IMG/VR virus record: IMGVR_UViG_3300036715_000153 | Location: 32,001-96,000 of that record | Length of the DNA stretch: 64,000 nt | From: a virus | Strand: one strand, 5' to 3' | Shown: positions 60,540 to 64,000 of the stretch, in pieces | Layout of the letters: each line of letters opens with the position of its first letter | Position numbering within the stretch: the stretch's first letter is position 1 | Made by a program: the position numbers and the translations under genes | The notes under the pieces: model-generated | Told to the model about the DNA's origin: nothing | The model's database searches: none | The model's input: the letters and a program-made list of their open reading frames with translations, nothing else

Positions 60540-62306
60540 TTATACCGATGCTAATATTGAAACAGTGGTCTTGTTGATATCAATACTCAACACTTGATTA
60601 AACACAGAGATAACCTCACTATGTTTTGGTGTTGCTGTTATAGCGAATTGAGTTTCACCTAAAATCATGGTTGGCTTAAAGTTTGATAAAATAACCTCCC
60701 CAGTGATATAATCCACTGTGCCATAAACCTCTGACGTATAGAATACAGTTTGGTCAGACTTAATATAGTATCCATACAACTTACCATCGACGTCTGTCAG
60801 TCTAAACTGTTGATCAGCCGAGTATGAAGGGATAATGATATTTGTTGATTGTATGCTTCTAGGTTGTATTTCTGTTCTAAACTTATATTTATAGGTCGAT
60901 GCAGCAGCGGTAACAGGCAACGATATCTTCATGGATATCTGTAATACTGTACCGGTGAATGAAGGATCGACTTTATCAATCAATGCAGTTAGCGTAGACA
61001 GTTGGAAGTTACCACCAAAACTCTTTAAGTAAGTATCGTTGTAATATGATATTTTAGTCAACACTTGACTATGTAAAGTCTCTGGTGTGGATACAGTTAA
61101 ATGTCTATTTGACCGAACATAGCCATCTAAAGTTATAGTGATAATCTCAGGATCAATTATGACCGGCTTAATGGACATTACGCTACGTTGCTTAATAACC
61201 TGCTCCAACACCTTTTTAGATTCGGTGGACAGAGGTCTCAAATCTTCAGGCAGAACAGAGCAAAATACCTTACCAACCATAGGAGGGTCATTATCCTCAC
61301 CGCCCCAAACCTGAACAGACTTCAAATGCGGGTAGTCTTGAATAATATGAGTCGAATAGTCGTGTGGTGTCACTGATCTATATTGTGCAGCGTATGACTT
61401 CTTTGCATTGTCCCTGACCCTCTCAATAGATTCCTCTGTAGCACCACCGTTGGATGTCTCTGTGCAGACCGCAGTAGATGTTACGTTAGGATACAATGAA
61501 CTGTTTACCGTAAACACAGATATACCGTTACCCAAATCTCTGTTACCCACAAGATAACTCACTGAGATGATATTACCAGGGATCAAGGCTTTACTAATAA
61601 ACCCGTCACCAAAGTACAATTCATATTCACCACTACCATTCATTTGCGTGTAATACACAGGAGATGACTGGTTTAAACCTACTATGGATTCAGATTTAAA
61701 GAACTCTTCTGTGAAGTTGATAGTGGATGATGTTTGTACGGTGACTATCAGACTAGACATATCAACGCCCAGGTTAGGTATCCTGAATATCTTAGTCGTT
61801 GCGTCTACAGTATATTGGACATTGTATAATCTACCTTCTGATATTGATAACCCACTATATGTATATACGGTTGGGTCGATTGTCTGTAAAGCATTTACAT
61901 CAGAGAGGCTAACGAACTCATATGTATTTCCGTCTACGCCCTTACCACTAAACTTTGTACCACGGGACATCAATATACCTGGTGGTGTATTAAACACGCC
62001 ACTGATCGTGACATCAATAATTGCCCTTGCAGACTTAGCAGACTGTGGAGTGTAACCTAATTCTTTAGCCTTAGACACGATAGATGATTTCAACAATGCT
62101 GAGTCTAAGAATGACTCACTCAAACCCATGTGTTGATAGAACAAATATAGTTGGCTGTTCGCTGCAAGCAAATCTAATAAAACGTTAACGTTGCTACCTT
62201 CAAAGTTAATATCTTGGAAAGCATCTTGCGCAGACATATATGCCTTAAGAGAACTCTTAAGACTATCGAAGTCGATGTTTGATAAATTTAAAGCTGTGCG
62301 CGTCAT
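60540..62306 (-). CDS. gp6: Baseplate wedge subunit
   Basis: DFDSLK, ESFLDSA, LGYTP.S, FGDG, WGGEDNDPP. Confidence 0.93.
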   Translation of the reverse strand: MTRTALNLSNIDFDSLKSSLKAYMSAQDAFQDINFEGSNVNVLLDLLAANSQLYLFYQHMGLSESFLDSALLKSSIVSKAKELGYTPQSAKSARAIIDVTISGVFNTPPGILMSRGTKFSGKGVDGNTYEFVSLSDVNALQTIDPTVYTYSGLSISEGRLYNVQYTVDATTKIFRIPNLGVDMSSLIVTVQTSSTINFTEEFFKSESIVGLNQSSPVYYTQMNGSGEYELYFGDGFISKALIPGNIISVSYLVGNRDLGNGISVFTVNSSLYPNVTSTAVCTETSNGGATEESIERVRDNAKKSYAAQYRSVTPHDYSTHIIQDYPHLKSVQVWGGEDNDPPMVGKVFCSVLPEDLRPLSTESKKVLEQVIKQRSVMSIKPVIIDPEIITITLDGYVRSNRHLTVSTPETLHSQVLTKISYYNDTYLKSFGGNFQLSTLTALIDKVDPSFTGTVLQISMKISLPVTAAASTYKYKFRTEIQPRSIQSTNIIIPSYSADQQFRLTDVDGKLYGYYIKSDQTVFYTSEVYGTVDYITGEVILSNFKPTMILGETQFAITATPKHSEVISVFNQVLSIDINKTTVSILASV

Positions 62307-62341
62307 ATCTATTAATACCTAATTATATTGTGTTAATTTAG

Positions 62342-62752
62342 TTATCTAGAACGTTCTATTGCTATTTCCAGTCTAACTGGATTTGACGTGTTTATGATAG
62401 TAAACACAATATTAACCAAGGCTTCGTAATCATCATTATTAATACTTACGTCAATACTGTTAATGATTACCCTAGGTTCATATATAGATATGATATCGGA
62501 TAAGTTTCGTTTTAGGATAGCACCGGTCAAAATATCTACATTTTCAAATAACAGTCGTCTGACGTTAGATGCGATATCTGGATGAAATGGTTTATCACCG
62601 GTATTGAATTGAATTAGATTTCTAAGAGACTGTTTGACAGCATTTTCATCAGTCTTGAGTACTAAGTCTCCTTTACCAGAAGCAAGCACTTGTCCTGGAT
62701 GAGGTTTCATAGAAATATCTAAATCAGAGTATTTATTAGCACGAGTAGTCAT
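62342..62752 (-). CDS. gp25: Baseplate wedge / sheath initiator
   Basis: YSDLD...HP, AVKQSLRNLI, KPFHPDI, YEPRV. Confidence 0.93.
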   Translation of the reverse strand: MTTRANKYSDLDISMKPHPGQVLASGKGDLVLKTDENAVKQSLRNLIQFNTGDKPFHPDIASNVRRLLFENVDILTGAILKRNLSDIISIYEPRVIINSIDVSINNDDYEALVNIVFTIINTSNPVRLEIAIERSR

Positions 62753-62774
62753 ACTAATAATTTAGTTGGCATAG

Positions 62775-62855
62775 ATACATAGCATTGGGCGGCAGCCGTA
62801 TGTACTTACCTATCTATAGATTATTACACCTTTTTTTTCGCTTGTCAACCTATTT
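62775..62855 (-). repeat. 81-bp promoter-plus-hairpin cassette, copy 2
   Basis: Exact inverted copy of 10839-10919. Confidence 0.9.
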
Positions 62856-62862
62856 ATTTCAA

Positions 62863-63306
62863 TTATAATTTTAACATACACAATTCTTTGAACAGTTCAG
62901 GGGTTTTATTAAACCAACTCCGCATTATCTTAGCTCTAATGTTACCGTTGTAGCAGTTTTCATTAAACAGTGCTCCTGTAACGAACAAGATATGTTCTTC
63001 ACTATAAGACAGAGATGCCTTAGTGCTACAGAACATAAGTATCTCACGCTTAAACATATCCTTGCCAAGACGTTCTATCTCAGATTGCAAATAAGGTGAG
63101 GACGACCAATATTCTTCCCAATCCGAAGTTTTCCTTAGTTTCTTCTTTTTACCATTAACCATCTTAGTTGCGGCTTTGGTCAACATCTTCTTACCATAGT
63201 AGAACTTACCATTATCGACGTTCGTTATCTTATAGACAAACCCTAGAGCACCTTCAGGTATATCATCTTGTGTTATTATTTTATCTTCGAACATCCAGTT
63301 TGACAT
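62863..63306 (-). CDS. Stand-alone GIY-YIG-like nuclease domain protein common in T4-like phages
   Basis: GFVYKITN...FYYGKK...SDWEEYWSS...FKREIL...YNGNI; start taken at MSNW. Confidence 0.75.
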   Translation of the reverse strand: MSNWMFEDKIITQDDIPEGALGFVYKITNVDNGKFYYGKKMLTKAATKMVNGKKKKLRKTSDWEEYWSSSPYLQSEIERLGKDMFKREILMFCSTKASLSYSEEHILFVTGALFNENCYNGNIRAKIMRSWFNKTPELFKELCMLKL

Positions 63307-63360
63307 TTTACACTCGACCCTGTACAATTAACTAAATCAACATCCAGAACACATATTTAA

Positions 63361-63391
63361 ACAGGTGCATAAAACGTAACATGCAGTTGAC
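63361..63391 (+). mobile_element. Internally deleted solo IS605 end element
   Basis: acaggtgcataaaacgtaaca joined to tgcagttgac, following TTTAA. Confidence 0.75.
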
Positions 63392-63423
63392 GTGATGTAA
63401 CTATTAACAGAGAAGAGTAAACC

Positions 63424-63729
63424 ATGAAAGAAAAATTGATTTCAGTATTAAAAGAAGTTCGTTCACTACATAGGGAAGCGAATAATTATTTGGACAAAGT
63501 ACCGAATGATCTTCAGATGTACATCATGGATAATACGTATTCTAATGCAATTAGTATAATCAATGATCGTCTACTCCACGCATTGTTTGGTAATATGTAT
63601 GAAGATGTATCTTGGTTTTTGTTTGAATTTAAACCAAAAGACACCCCTCAAATTTGGCTGGCAGACAATACTCCCATCACCTTAACTTGTGATGAAGACT
63701 ACTATCAATATCTTAGGGACCACGGATGA
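63424..63729 (+). CDS. Hypothetical protein
   Basis: ORF track; first gene of a plus-strand unit. Confidence 0.65.
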   Translation: MKEKLISVLKEVRSLHREANNYLDKVPNDLQMYIMDNTYSNAISIINDRLLHALFGNMYEDVSWFLFEFKPKDTPQIWLADNTPITLTCDEDYYQYLRDHG

Positions 63730-63905
63730 TCAGACCTACCGCAACAGTATCAAAAGAACTAAACCAAGATACATATTTGACTGAGTTTAGAATTTCATGT
63801 ATTATCAATGAAGATAGCTTGATTGCAGAATCATACGTAAAGACACAGGATGAAATTGCTCTTGAGTTGGGGCATCTAATATTAAAGGCAACGGGGAATG
63901 TATGA
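63726..63905 (+). CDS. Hypothetical protein (59 aa, absent from ORF track)
   Basis: ATGA overlaps with both neighbouring ORFs. Confidence 0.55.
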   Translation: MIRPTATVSKELNQDTYLTEFRISCIINEDSLIAESYVKTQDEIALELGHLILKATGNV

Positions 63906-64000
63906 TTAAAATTGAAGGAAGAAATGGGTACAACGTTTTAGACCACGGCATGGTAGCACTCGTTGAAAGTATGGGTAGTGATCTGTCAATTGTGCGAAAT
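63902..64000 (+). CDS. thyX: FAD-dependent thymidylate synthase, partial (5' end only)
   Basis: MIKIEGRNGYNVLDHGMVALVESMGSDLSIVRN matches the ThyX N-terminus. Confidence 0.75.
   Translation, partial: MIKIEGRNGYNVLDHGMVALVESMGSDLSIVRN

Overview
This window is a 64-kb segment of a T4-like myophage genome, probably with a proteobacterial host (IHF-consensus boxes, sigma70 promoters, ALAA-type tmRNA tag). Almost all genes are on the minus strand. From left to right: 7-deazaguanine genes (queD, queE) with a PRTase; a tRNA/ncRNA region containing a circularly permuted two-piece tmRNA, intact and broken tRNAs, and tRNA-like RNAs; gp46/47/55, uvsW/uvsY and gp3; two homing endonucleases; the head module (gp23, 22, 21, 68, 67, 20); gp19/gp18; an ~18-kb accessory virion/lysis-like block; the terminase; neck genes; a VrlC/DUF4815-like locus; baseplate gp8/7/6/25; and the start of thyX. 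The most striking locus is the large terminase. It is encoded in two pieces joined by an atypically split intein. Between the pieces sits an IS605 element with intact tnpB and a deleted tnpA. The element supplies the stop codon of the N-half and carries phage late-promoter motifs facing both ways. Collapsed copies of its end hairpin occur at four other sites. A ~60-aa beta-rich module is also inserted in the capsid, sheath, tail terminator and other virion proteins. All calls come from reading the sequence by eye; no searches or folding programs were run.
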